From an uncultured virus (IMG/VR IMGVR_UViG_3300010885_088079) (lineage: Duplodnaviria; Heunggongvirae; Uroviricota; Caudoviricetes): 64,000 bases of DNA. Numbering within the stretch: the stretch's first letter is position 1; each line of letters starts with the position of its first letter. Shown piece by piece: positions 18,830 through 27,880 of this stretch. A program made the translations under genes and the position numbers. The notes beneath the pieces are model-generated. The model had not been told where the DNA came from. It did no database searches and was given only the letters and a program-made list of their open reading frames with translations. Location of the stretch: IMG/VR virus record IMGVR_UViG_3300010885_088079, one strand, 5' to 3'.

Positions 18830-20307
18830 TATTTTAATCCTTGTGGGAAAGAAAGTTCACCATAATTAACGGTCCAAGAAACCTTATGGACAATGCTGTC
18901 GAACAGTCCAGCAGCAGACGGTTGACCGTTCCCAGACTTTTTAACTCCACCAAAAGGAAGGTGAGACTCTGCTGCTATGCTTCCACCATTCCAGTAGCCC
19001 AAACCAAAATCACAATTGTCCCTGACTCTCTTGGCTTTCTTAAAGTCATTGGTCACCACGCCCAAGGAAAGGCCATACTCAGTGTCGTTATATATTTTTA
19101 TAGCATCCTCAATAGTATCAAAAGGTATTATGGCGACATGAGGACCAAAGACCTCCTGCTTCAAAAAGGCCTTATCTGACCACTCACACTGGTAAACAAA
19201 AGGAGAGAGAAAGTACCCTTTGTCTACGGGTGTCGAATTGTGATAAAGCACGGTGCAGTCTTTATCTTCCAAAACCATTTTGTTGAAGCTTTCAACACGA
19301 AGTTTTTGCTCATTGCTAATTAAAGGCCCAAAAGCGACAGAACAAACGCCCGGGACACTAGCAAAGGGATCTCCAACATGACACCTAGAGACTTCAGCAA
19401 CAAATTTCTGCTTAAACTCTTCAAGTATGCTTCTTTGTATAAGAAGACGACCCGAAGAAACACAACGTTGTCCACTAAGCTTAAAAGCACTGTTTACACA
19501 AGCAGGAATTGCCAAATCTAAATCAGCGTCATCAAAAACCATAACGGCAGACTTGCTGCCCATTTCACAACTACAAGTCTTATGCCAACTTTCTGCACAG
19601 GCTATTCTTATAAGTCTTCCTACCTCAGCACTTCCTGTGAAGCAAATGTGATCAACAAGATCATTTTTAACTATCGACTCACCAACCGATCCGTCGCCAT
19701 GAACAAGGTTAAAAACCCCGGCGGGAAAACCAGCTTCATGAAAAAGTTCAGCGGTTATTTGGCCGACCAAAGGAGTAAGCTCACTAGGCTTAAAAACAAC
19801 GGTATTGCCCTCAAGCAGAGAAGGACCGGCACACCAAAATCCACCAATTGCAAAAGGGAAGTTCCATGGGGCAATTATAGCCACAACCCCCTTAGGCTTC
19901 CTTATAACATTGCAATCTCTTTCTGCTATCTCTGATGGAACTATCTCGCCGTTGCTAATTCTTGCTTTTCCAAAACAGTATTGAGCCATATGCAAAGCTT
20001 CTATTGCTTCTGCTTTGCTCTCGTTGAGCGTCTTACCAGTTTCTAGCGATATCGCTTTTGATACATAATCAATTCTTTTCTCAAGAATATTACATAAGTT
20101 CCAAAAGTACTCAGCACGTTTTAACCTTGAGATTTCTTTCCAGCTTGAGAATGCGGTTTTAGCAACCTGTATTGTTGTACTGACCTCATCCACAGTGGAC
20201 TGCGGAAAATATCCTATTGCTGATTCGTCCGAGGGGTTCAAGCTAGGAAAGTCATTCCTCTGCTCACAGAACTTTCCGTTAATGTAATTAAAACCATTTC
20301 TTAACAT
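18829..20307 (-). CDS. aldehyde dehydrogenase
   Basis: PWNFP, KPSE, FTGS, CEMGSK, GQRC, EVFGP, PFGGVK. Confidence 0.95.
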   Translation of the reverse strand: MLRNGFNYINGKFCEQRNDFPSLNPSDESAIGYFPQSTVDEVSTTIQVAKTAFSSWKEISRLKRAEYFWNLCNILEKRIDYVSKAISLETGKTLNESKAEAIEALHMAQYCFGKARISNGEIVPSEIAERDCNVIRKPKGVVAIIAPWNFPFAIGGFWCAGPSLLEGNTVVFKPSELTPLVGQITAELFHEAGFPAGVFNLVHGDGSVGESIVKNDLVDHICFTGSAEVGRLIRIACAESWHKTCSCEMGSKSAVMVFDDADLDLAIPACVNSAFKLSGQRCVSSGRLLIQRSILEEFKQKFVAEVSRCHVGDPFASVPGVCSVAFGPLISNEQKLRVESFNKMVLEDKDCTVLYHNSTPVDKGYFLSPFVYQCEWSDKAFLKQEVFGPHVAIIPFDTIEDAIKIYNDTEYGLSLGVVTNDFKKAKRVRDNCDFGLGYWNGGSIAAESHLPFGGVKKSGNGQPSAAGLFDSIVHKVSWTVNYGELSFPQGLK

Positions 20308-20340
20308 AATTCACCTCAACAATATTCTACAAAATATAAA

Positions 20341-21303
20341 TCAGGAAACAAGGTCTATAAAATATAATTTGTTACTTTTTTCCCCAACAAGTACAGACTT
20401 AAAGACCTTATTTTTTACAAAAAACCTTAAAGCTTCTTTTTGATCTTTATCAGGAATCTTAACGGCACCACAACATGTGGGAACTATAAGTGCAAATACG
20501 TCAAAGATTGGTTTGCCATCAGCTTCTGGTAAGCCTTCTAAACAAGCAATTTTATCTTTTATAACAGGAGGAACATCATACAATATATCTTCTACAGGAC
20601 ATATAAAAGGACAATATTTTAGCTTGCCTTCTACAAAGATCCCGTGTTTATCAAAATAAAAGCCAAGCATTCGTGCTAGAATGACAGAAGCTGTTGTGGA
20701 CTTAATTTGATGAAAACCATAATGAGACTCAGCGGATCTCTTTATTTCATTTATGTCTTTATCAGCTTCTTCTGCTAAAGAATAAAAGCCTAAAGAAAGA
20801 TATGTATCTTTTTTGCTAAGAAGATCAGACACCTTCTGTTCATATAGTAAGCTATTTCTTTCATAATAGTCGAAACACTCAGGATAATCGTGCCAAAACT
20901 CAGAAGAAAAAAGGTAGTCTAGGTTTATCGCCTTATATTTTTTAAGAGACCTCATTTCTCGCCTTTGAGAGGAACTTTTCAGCAACCTGATGTTTGACAT
21001 CTTGTTGAGTAACTTTCCCCTAAAGAAAGAATTTAGTTTTTCTTCAAAAACTCCGGCTGAACTAGAGAAGCCATTTTGATTAGCGTACTTAATTGTTTTA
21101 ACGAATTCAAAACATCTATCTAGGAAAAGACCGTCCTCAGTATAAAACTCTTCGAAAAGAGCATTGAGTTCAGGATGGGTTAAGTCGGCAGCACCAACGA
21201 ATCTTTTAAGACCAAGACCGAAATCGCCCATAATACGATAGACAAGGTCTTCGTCAGACTCTGATATCTCTCTAAGAAGTTTGTACGCAGTAGCTTGGCT
21301 CAT
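20341..21303 (-). CDS. hypothetical protein
   Basis: 320-aa ORF with ATGA overlap to infC. Confidence 0.65.
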   Translation of the reverse strand: MSQATAYKLLREISESDEDLVYRIMGDFGLGLKRFVGAADLTHPELNALFEEFYTEDGLFLDRCFEFVKTIKYANQNGFSSSAGVFEEKLNSFFRGKLLNKMSNIRLLKSSSQRREMRSLKKYKAINLDYLFSSEFWHDYPECFDYYERNSLLYEQKVSDLLSKKDTYLSLGFYSLAEEADKDINEIKRSAESHYGFHQIKSTTASVILARMLGFYFDKHGIFVEGKLKYCPFICPVEDILYDVPPVIKDKIACLEGLPEADGKPIFDVFALIVPTCCGAVKIPDKDQKEALRFFVKNKVFKSVLVGEKSNKLYFIDLVS

Positions 21304-21836
21304 TTCTTAATCTGAACTTTAGGAGAAATAACACAAGTTATACAGTTTCCATCAAGCCTAGGATTTCTTTCGACCAAACCAGCATCTGATAGGCTCTCTA
21401 TAATTTGTTTAATAACAGAAAAACCCTGTTCTTTGTGAGACATCTCACGTTGTCCCTTGAAAACAATATTGAACTGTACTTTAGAGTTGTCCTCTAAAAA
21501 CTTCCTTGCCTGTGATATTTTGACTTCCATATCATGCTTTCCTATAACAGGTCTAAGTCTAAGTTCCTTAAGATTCACCTGAGAGGTTCGTTGTTTTTTC
21601 AACTGCTCTTTCTTTTTTAATTGTTTCTCGTACCTAAACTTGCCATAATCTGTTATTCTACAGACTGAGGTGCCATTGATAGGAGGAGAAACTTCTACCA
21701 AGTCTAGATTGGCGTCCTGCGCCATCTTTAAGGCTTTTTCAAAAGGAAAAACGCCTAGCTGCCTATCTTCTAAAATTACACGAACCTGGCGACTTCTTAT
21801 CTGTCTGTTGACAGGAAGGTCTTCTTCAAAAGACAT
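21300..21836 (-). CDS. infC: translation initiation factor IF-3
   Basis: NRQIR..VRVI, LDLVEV, DYGKFRYE, KELRLRP.I..HD...K...ARKFL; starts with ATG. Confidence 0.95.
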   Translation of the reverse strand: MSFEEDLPVNRQIRSRQVRVILEDRQLGVFPFEKALKMAQDANLDLVEVSPPINGTSVCRITDYGKFRYEKQLKKKEQLKKQRTSQVNLKELRLRPVIGKHDMEVKISQARKFLEDNSKVQFNIVFKGQREMSHKEQGFSVIKQIIESLSDAGLVERNPRLDGNCITCVISPKVQIKK

Positions 21837-21850
21837 TTTTAATAAATACC

Positions 21851-23398
21851 TCAGACTTGAGATGAAACATCGAGAACAACATTGATAACGGATAAGGACT
21901 TTTTCTTAAGACAGGCGTTAATTGCATTATCAAGCTCTGTCTCATCGTTTACGAGATAACCAACTCCTCCAATTGTATCACATATTTTTTCGTAATTCCA
22001 ACTTTTAATTGAATTTTTTTTCTGATTGATAACAAAAATTATTGGATTTAAATTATTTTGTACAAGGGTGCTAATTTCCATAGAAGAAGTTTGAAAAGAG
22101 TCTTCGCTAACAACCACTAAGGGACGAATGCCCGCATTAAGCAGTTGGACGCTCATTGCACCGGGCAAAGCCAAGCCAGTGCTGCAGTAAAAGGCAGAGC
22201 TTATAAAACGATGATGTGGCACAACAAGCTCAGCGGCATCAAGCATGTACTCACCGATATCAGCTAACACAACAAAGTTTTCGTCTAATATACTATTCAA
22301 TTTTTCAAAAAATCTTTTTAAACTTATCCCTTGTCCTTCTATGGGAACAAACTTTGTTCTATTGCTCTTAGTCGAAGAAACAAATTCTTTTTTTCCTAAA
22401 TCAATTCTAAAAAAGTCTTTGCAAAAGTCAATGAACCTAATTCCACAATAAATGTGGTTTTTAACTCTTAAGTTTTCTATAGAGCAAAAAATAGTATTGC
22501 TGTTGTCAAACTTGGGCGTAACAAACCCAAAGCCAGTATCAGTTAGCATTTCTCCAAATATCAGCAAGCAGTCTGATGACTCTACGCGATTCTTAACCTC
22601 TAAATTACGGGTTTGTTCGCCAAAATAAACACCAGAAAATAATGGATGGGTTTCACAAATAGAAGACTTACTCAAAAAGGTTGTAACTATAGGGATATTA
22701 TGCTTCTCTGCAAACTTGATTAAAGAGTCCTCAAGATTAAACCTTGTGATTTGAACTCCCATAATTATAACGGGATTTTTAGAAGATTTTAGGTAGCTAG
22801 AGACATCTTCTATAGCTTCTTTTAAACTGGCTCCATCGCTTTTATCGTTATTAGGGGTGCCTTGCGTATAAACGTCATACTTTATAGGTTGTGAAGCAAC
22901 ATCCCTTGGAATTTCGATATAAACAGGTTGCTTTGTTTCTTTTAAAATATTGAGAGCGTTATCAATCTTCCAGCCAGCTGTTGTTGCATTATCTAAAACG
23001 ACACTATGTGCGGTAATGTGGTCGAACATCTCTTTTTGAGAACTAAAGCTTTCAACCAAATGATTAGATAGAAAGTCTTTATTCCTGTCCTTCATACCTG
23101 GGGAACCGCCTATGATAACAACAGGCGACCTTTCGGCGTAAGCACCGGCAACCGAATTGCACAGCTTTAACGCACCAACGTTGTAAGTAGCACAAACGCA
23201 GCCTATTCCATTAAATCTAGCGTACGCGTTAGCCGCAAAGCCCGCGTGGCTTTCATCAGTGTTACTGATGAACTTGATTCTGTCACTTTGAGAGATTACA
23301 TCTAAAAAATTGTTTATGTAAGGGCCTTGTACACCAAAAATGTGCTTAACGCCTGCGTTTCCCAATCTTTCGCATAAAAATTCAGATACCAATGGCAT
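21851..23398 (-). CDS. alpha-keto-acid (pyruvate/indolepyruvate) decarboxylase family protein with degenerate ThDP motif
   Basis: L..AGVKHIFG, E..AGFAANAYAR, AGAYAE.SPV; GDG motif appears as SEDSFQ. Confidence 0.85.
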   Translation of the reverse strand: MPLVSEFLCERLGNAGVKHIFGVQGPYINNFLDVISQSDRIKFISNTDESHAGFAANAYARFNGIGCVCATYNVGALKLCNSVAGAYAERSPVVIIGGSPGMKDRNKDFLSNHLVESFSSQKEMFDHITAHSVVLDNATTAGWKIDNALNILKETKQPVYIEIPRDVASQPIKYDVYTQGTPNNDKSDGASLKEAIEDVSSYLKSSKNPVIIMGVQITRFNLEDSLIKFAEKHNIPIVTTFLSKSSICETHPLFSGVYFGEQTRNLEVKNRVESSDCLLIFGEMLTDTGFGFVTPKFDNSNTIFCSIENLRVKNHIYCGIRFIDFCKDFFRIDLGKKEFVSSTKSNRTKFVPIEGQGISLKRFFEKLNSILDENFVVLADIGEYMLDAAELVVPHHRFISSAFYCSTGLALPGAMSVQLLNAGIRPLVVVSEDSFQTSSMEISTLVQNNLNPIIFVINQKKNSIKSWNYEKICDTIGGVGYLVNDETELDNAINACLKKKSLSVINVVLDVSSQV

Positions 23399-23400
23399 AT

Positions 23401-24078
23401 TCAAGACTCGCTGGTAAAAGTATCCGTTATCTTGATCAAGAAGCCTTCTTTGTCAGCAGGAAAACGCCTGATCCACTGATCAGGAGCAGAAACCTGTGTC
23501 ATGAGTTTAAACTCAAGGTAATAGCAGCCAGGAGCGTCTGTCTCAGGGAGCGACCACTCATGAATAAAATAACTTTCCTGTAGAACATTCTGTGTTGTTG
23601 TTCCATCTATTTCTAAAATGTCTTCGTAAACCATTTCTACCTTTGAAGGTCTATTCATAAACTTAACAATTTTAATTGGATTTCCTCTGCTCCAATCCTG
23701 TGCTGTGGTGCCGTCTTGCCCCCTATCAACATAAACTAATTTATTGTTCTCGTCAAAGGAAGTAACGAGAACTTTTTCTGAGCCTCTTGTTCTTTCTATT
23801 ATTAGCATGTCGCCAACTATTATTTGGTTAAATCCTATGTTGTCGGCTAAAGAGAGGGCAGTATCTGTGCTTGTTATGTTCGTTTTCAGTTTGGACTTTG
23901 CCCACATGGTAGACTCTAAAATTAAGTCCGTAAGGTCCATAGGCCCATTGCAGTCCTCCATAAGAACCCTGTAGTCGGGTTTGGTGTCATATCTTCTGAT
24001 TAAGAAGTCTGGGCAAATCCCGGAAGGACAGCCACATTGGTCAGAACAGGCACTATTGTTGTTGTTTGAACAGCTCAT
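23401..24078 (-). CDS. probable virion structural protein
   Basis: CATAAATA late-type motif directly before ATG 24078; V.RGQDGTTA motif typical of phage structural proteins. Confidence 0.55.
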   Translation of the reverse strand: MSCSNNNNSACSDQCGCPSGICPDFLIRRYDTKPDYRVLMEDCNGPMDLTDLILESTMWAKSKLKTNITSTDTALSLADNIGFNQIIVGDMLIIERTRGSEKVLVTSFDENNKLVYVDRGQDGTTAQDWSRGNPIKIVKFMNRPSKVEMVYEDILEIDGTTTQNVLQESYFIHEWSLPETDAPGCYYLEFKLMTQVSAPDQWIRRFPADKEGFLIKITDTFTSES

Positions 24079-24092
24079 AATGTATTTATGCA

Positions 24093-24506
24093 TTAGTTAA
24101 AAATATCAAAACTCTTCATCAAAGCCACCTTGTCTCTAATCCAATTTATGTTGCCTTGAAATCTTATGAACTCAAATTTTGTAAAGCTTGCCTCTTCGGT
24201 ACAAAGAGGGTTTGTTTCAAAGTAAACAATTCTTCGAGGCAGAAAATGAGATAGATGATTAAGGACTACAACTGAAGGTGTGTGGTCTAAATAAATCTCG
24301 TAGTTGGAAAGTGAGTCGCTAATACTGCACGTAGCAAGAAATTCTGCACTGCCTTCTAACGGACCCAAGAGATCTACGCTGCTGAATCCTGAGGATATGA
24401 TTCTCTTCTTTTTGACAACCAAGCAAGCTTGCGGTCTTTTATCTTTTGAGAGAGAAGAAAAAAGAAAGCAAAGGCCTAAGAAGAAATCGGGTTCATTCAG
24501 ATTCAT
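24093..24506 (-). CDS. dCMP-deaminase-like protein lacking zinc ligands
   Basis: SKD..Q.C.VV...RIISSGF; SAE in place of HAE, PSVVV in place of PCxxC; RRIVY. Confidence 0.65.
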   Translation of the reverse strand: MNLNEPDFFLGLCFLFSSLSKDKRPQACLVVKKKRIISSGFSSVDLLGPLEGSAEFLATCSISDSLSNYEIYLDHTPSVVVLNHLSHFLPRRIVYFETNPLCTEEASFTKFEFIRFQGNINWIRDKVALMKSFDIFN

Positions 24507-24919
24507 ACATTAGGGTCCAACATTTGAATGTAAAAAGAAGAGACTTTTACATCAAATTTAGAGAGGAAGCTTTTTATTTCCCTCTTATGTTTTAAGCTTA
24601 AATGTCTTTTAATTATTTTCTCAGGCAAAGGAATCTTAACACTCCAACCGGGACAGTTTTTCATTGTGGCAATGATGCTTATTGGTATGGTTGCAACTTC
24701 TAGACAACCAATACAGCTAACAACATAATTATCAGACTTAGAATCATAAACCAAGTTACTAAGGGGCAAAAGATTTTTACAACTTAAGAACCTAGTTTCA
24801 TTTAACTCTTTAACTTCACTATAAGCAGCGAGAAATATACGTGTCCCACAACTATCTAGGACAGAAAAAACCAGATCGTTTTTTATTGGACTAACAATCT
24901 TATTGTCGGCAGCATTCAT
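24503..24919 (-). CDS. hypothetical protein
   Basis: 138-aa ORF. Confidence 0.6.
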   Translation of the reverse strand: MNAADNKIVSPIKNDLVFSVLDSCGTRIFLAAYSEVKELNETRFLSCKNLLPLSNLVYDSKSDNYVVSCIGCLEVATIPISIIATMKNCPGWSVKIPLPEKIIKRHLSLKHKREIKSFLSKFDVKVSSFYIQMLDPNV

Positions 24920-25263
24920 TACTTAGTATCTTCTTTGGCTTCTTTTTGCTTTTTACCTTTTACGGAAGGTTTCTCAAGCTTCTTTTCGTCTTTCTTTTTT
25001 ACGTCTTGCTTTTTCTTGTCTGTTTGAGAGGACTTTATTTTTTCTAATTCTTTTGAAGGTTCCGTCTGCTTTTCCTTGGTATCTATCTTACTCTTGCCTG
25101 TGGGGGTTTTTAACTTGGAAATCTTTTGCTTAAACTTCTCTTTTGCCGATTTGAGCTCTTCTATAGACTTAGATAGTTTGTCTACAGCGATAAGCCATCT
25201 GTCTATCTGTGTGTTTATGCCCAGCGTGGCTTTTCCTTCAAACCAAGGTTTATTGTTTTCCAC
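24919..25263 (-). CDS. Lys-rich hypothetical protein
   Basis: GTG start after AGGAGG. Confidence 0.65.
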   Translation of the reverse strand: MENNKPWFEGKATLGINTQIDRWLIAVDKLSKSIEELKSAKEKFKQKISKLKTPTGKSKIDTKEKQTEPSKELEKIKSSQTDKKKQDVKKKDEKKLEKPSVKGKKQKEAKEDTK

Positions 25264-25591
25264 CGTTCCTCCTAATCTTATATTTTCCAGATTCTATCTT
25301 CAATAGAGTTTCTAGGTCTACATTAGATTTCGCTTCCCTATGTAATGACTCTAGGCTGATTAATTTATTGTGGAGTATTTTAAGCCATCTAGTTTGACAA
25401 TAAAAGCCGGTATGGTCCACAAAGTTGTCAAAACTATTAAACGCAAAGAAATATCTAATAAATTTCTGTTGGATTTCTTTTCTAAAGTATTTGAAAAGAT
25501 AGTTTTTTTCTTTAGGCAGATCAATTTCATCAAAATTACCTGCTAAGAATAGTAGATCTCTTTTGCTAACCAATATGAACCCCCTCAACAA
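25250..25591 (-). CDS. hypothetical protein
   Basis: ORF; the start may be TTG near 25573. Confidence 0.6.
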   Translation of the reverse strand: MLRGFILVSKRDLLFLAGNFDEIDLPKEKNYLFKYFRKEIQQKFIRYFFAFNSFDNFVDHTGFYCQTRWLKILHNKLISLESLHREAKSNVDLETLLKIESGKYKIRRNGGKQ

Positions 25592-26006
25592 ACTTAAGAT
25601 ACAAAATAATCATACCCCCAGCAAACTGCTGTGGTATGTTTGCTGCCGAAAGTTTGTTCAATATATCCACAACCAGCCTTATGTCTTCTTGGGAATCTGT
25701 GTAATCTTGTGAAACATCATGCGTTTTTAAAGAATGGTAGGCAAGATCAACCCCTCTGATAATATCATAGTTTATTACCATAGAAAGATTAGAGTTATCA
25801 TTTAATAATGCATAAGGTATCTTTCCACCTTGGTGAAAGCTCTGTTGAGCAAAGAAATCAACCATATACTTTTTAGCAATATATTTTAACTCCCCAACAA
25901 AACTAGTGGCAAATAACAGTAACTGCCGCTCTAAATCTGGGTTATAATCTGCGGTTTCTAAGGAGTCTTCTTCTAGCCCACAATCACAAAAGTCTATACT
26001 AGCCAT
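25566..26006 (-). CDS. hypothetical protein
   Basis: 146-aa ORF with SD GGAG. Confidence 0.65.
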   Translation of the reverse strand: MASIDFCDCGLEEDSLETADYNPDLERQLLLFATSFVGELKYIAKKYMVDFFAQQSFHQGGKIPYALLNDNSNLSMVINYDIIRGVDLAYHSLKTHDVSQDYTDSQEDIRLVVDILNKLSAANIPQQFAGGMIILYLKFVEGVHIG

Positions 26007-26072
26007 TGTCTATTTTCTCCAATAGAGGCAAAAGATTTGACAAAAAATCCAATAGATAACAAAGGAGGAAAT

Positions 26073-26573
26073 ATGAAAGCAATAAAAGCTCTATGCTTGG
26101 TTTTATCGATAATGGTTTTTTCTGGGTGTTCTGTAAGTCCCTTTAGCCCAAGAAACCAACAAAAAATAAACAATAGTAATGGTAAAATAGAAGAGATTAA
26201 ATCAAACCAAAACGGGCTGATGGCAGAAGTAGGGAAACTAAAACAAGACTTTGACTTAATTAACAGCCAATTAAAAGAAGTACAGAGTGGATTGCTTAAT
26301 ATTAACGGTACATTATCTAGAAATGAGAATAGCGGTATACAAATTTTGCAAGGGGATGGATCACTAATACTTGTATTTTCTATGTTTATCGTAGGTGCAA
26401 CGCTTTGGTACAGAGTAAGAGCAATAAAAAGCGAGAAGAATCTTTCTATAATTGCTAAAGAGGTTGCAAAACACAACCTAGTAGAATTAAATGACGACAT
26501 AATAAAAAGTGCTATAAAAGCAGGACAAGGAAAGCAAGTATTCAAAATTTTGAACCAGGCTGTTATTGACTAG
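26073..26573 (+). CDS. lipoprotein with coiled coil and second TM segment (u-spanin-like topology)
   Basis: ATG after AAGGAGG; lipobox FSG-C; TM LILVFSMFIVGATLWY. Confidence 0.7.
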   Translation: MKAIKALCLVLSIMVFSGCSVSPFSPRNQQKINNSNGKIEEIKSNQNGLMAEVGKLKQDFDLINSQLKEVQSGLLNINGTLSRNENSGIQILQGDGSLILVFSMFIVGATLWYRVRAIKSEKNLSIIAKEVAKHNLVELNDDIIKSAIKAGQGKQVFKILNQAVID

Positions 26574-26845
26574 TTTTTATCGTAACCCTGCTCTTTATTG
26601 CGAAGAATAACATACCCAGAACAATTGTTCCCTATTGGAACATTCTGTCTTTTGGGGTCTTTTCCTTTCATTTGCATTTCTGCTAAGAAGTCTTGAACCT
26701 CAATGTCTATATCCTTGGCCTTGGACGACTTTTTTAAACAGTGGTACTTTCCTGCTTCATTCTCGTCTTCTGCTAAGTACCTGCACTTATTGTGGTTGTT
26801 GCTATCTACCAAACAAACATCTTTGAGATGGTTTTTACTAAGCAT
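26570..26845 (-). CDS. Cys-containing hypothetical protein
   Basis: 91-aa ORF with CRYL...CLK...NC motif. Confidence 0.6.
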   Translation of the reverse strand: MLSKNHLKDVCLVDSNNHNKCRYLAEDENEAGKYHCLKKSSKAKDIDIEVQDFLAEMQMKGKDPKRQNVPIGNNCSGYVILRNKEQGYDKN

Positions 26846-26846
26846 A

Positions 26847-27320
26847 TTAAGAGAGATAAATTTCTTTACCTATGTCCTTGATGAAGATACCAAAAGAATG
26901 GTCTATTTCGTGCTGGAAAACTATAGAATAGAGTCCAACTTCAGTTGAATTAAAGTCCTCGACATCAACTCCATTCAAACGCTGGCCTTTTACAATAACG
27001 CTAGAGTGTCTTTGAACCTCAAACCTTCTTATGGAACCAGATTCATCTAGCAAAGAAAGACAGCCCTCAATAGAATGAACCTTATCTCCTGCTGGTTCGT
27101 ATCTACAGTTCAAATAGTACTCGTAAGATTCATTTCTATTCAAAACAAAAAGGTCCAAGGGAAGCCCAACCTGAACCGCTGATAGACCTATACCATTATT
27201 GTCTCTGCAGACCTTTTCCATTTGGTTACAGATTTTAAAAATTTCTATTGGCCCCATGCTCTCCAAAGGATTTTTTGTAGAGGGGGGTATATCTTTGAGT
27301 TCAACTAGCCTGTATTGCAT
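26847..27320 (-). CDS. def: peptide deformylase
   Basis: GIGLSAVQ, EGCLS, QHEIDH. Confidence 0.95.
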   Translation of the reverse strand: MQYRLVELKDIPPSTKNPLESMGPIEIFKICNQMEKVCRDNNGIGLSAVQVGLPLDLFVLNRNESYEYYLNCRYEPAGDKVHSIEGCLSLLDESGSIRRFEVQRHSSVIVKGQRLNGVDVEDFNSTEVGLYSIVFQHEIDHSFGIFIKDIGKEIYLS

Positions 27321-27359
27321 CCTTGCATTTTACAAAAAAAATTTGAAAAATCAATAGCT

Positions 27360-27626
27360 CTATTTTGAAGTTAAATTCTTTACGATTAATTCGACCCTTG
27401 GCTTAAGCCAATTATTCAGGGTTTCAGAGTCGGCCTTAGCCTCACTGGGAACTTTGAGAATTATCGTATCGTAAACAGTGCCATCGTTTGATTCAGGAGG
27501 CAGACTCTTTTCTACAATGTCACGAATAAGCTTAGAAACAGAAACATCCTTCCTCTTGGCCTCTTTCTTGACCCTCTCTTGAAAATCAGTGTCTATTGAT
27601 AAACTTAAAATCTTATTAGAACTCAT
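27360..27626 (-). CDS. ribbon-helix-helix DNA-binding protein
   Basis: ILSLSID...VKKEAKRKDVSVSKLIRDIV. Confidence 0.7.
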   Translation of the reverse strand: MSSNKILSLSIDTDFQERVKKEAKRKDVSVSKLIRDIVEKSLPPESNDGTVYDTIILKVPSEAKADSETLNNWLKPRVELIVKNLTSK

Positions 27627-27871
27627 TATTCACCGTATCTTTCTGGAAAGTTTTCTCTTAACTTAGACTTTAGTATTTGATTTTGCTGTTCCTTCTTTTT
27701 TCTTCTTCTTTTTTCACCTGGACTCTCATAGAACTCTCTCTTCTTATATTCTTGAAGAATCCCAGCGTCTACAACAGCCTTTTTAAATATAGAAAACATC
27801 CTTTTGAACGCGTACTCTCTATCTTGAGAACTAGCATTTGCTGGGAGATCTTTCTGGTAAACTTTAACCAT
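27626..27871 (-). CDS. rpsU: ribosomal protein bS21
   Basis: FKK.V..AGILQEYKKREFYE.P.EKRRRK. Confidence 0.9.
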   Translation of the reverse strand: MVKVYQKDLPANASSQDREYAFKRMFSIFKKAVVDAGILQEYKKREFYESPGEKRRRKKKEQQNQILKSKLRENFPERYGE

Positions 27872-27880
27872 TTATTTTCC

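Noticed and set aside
25994..26545. 183-aa minus-strand ORF
   Set aside because: It is the antisense shadow of the lipoprotein gene, which has a strong SD and a lipobox.
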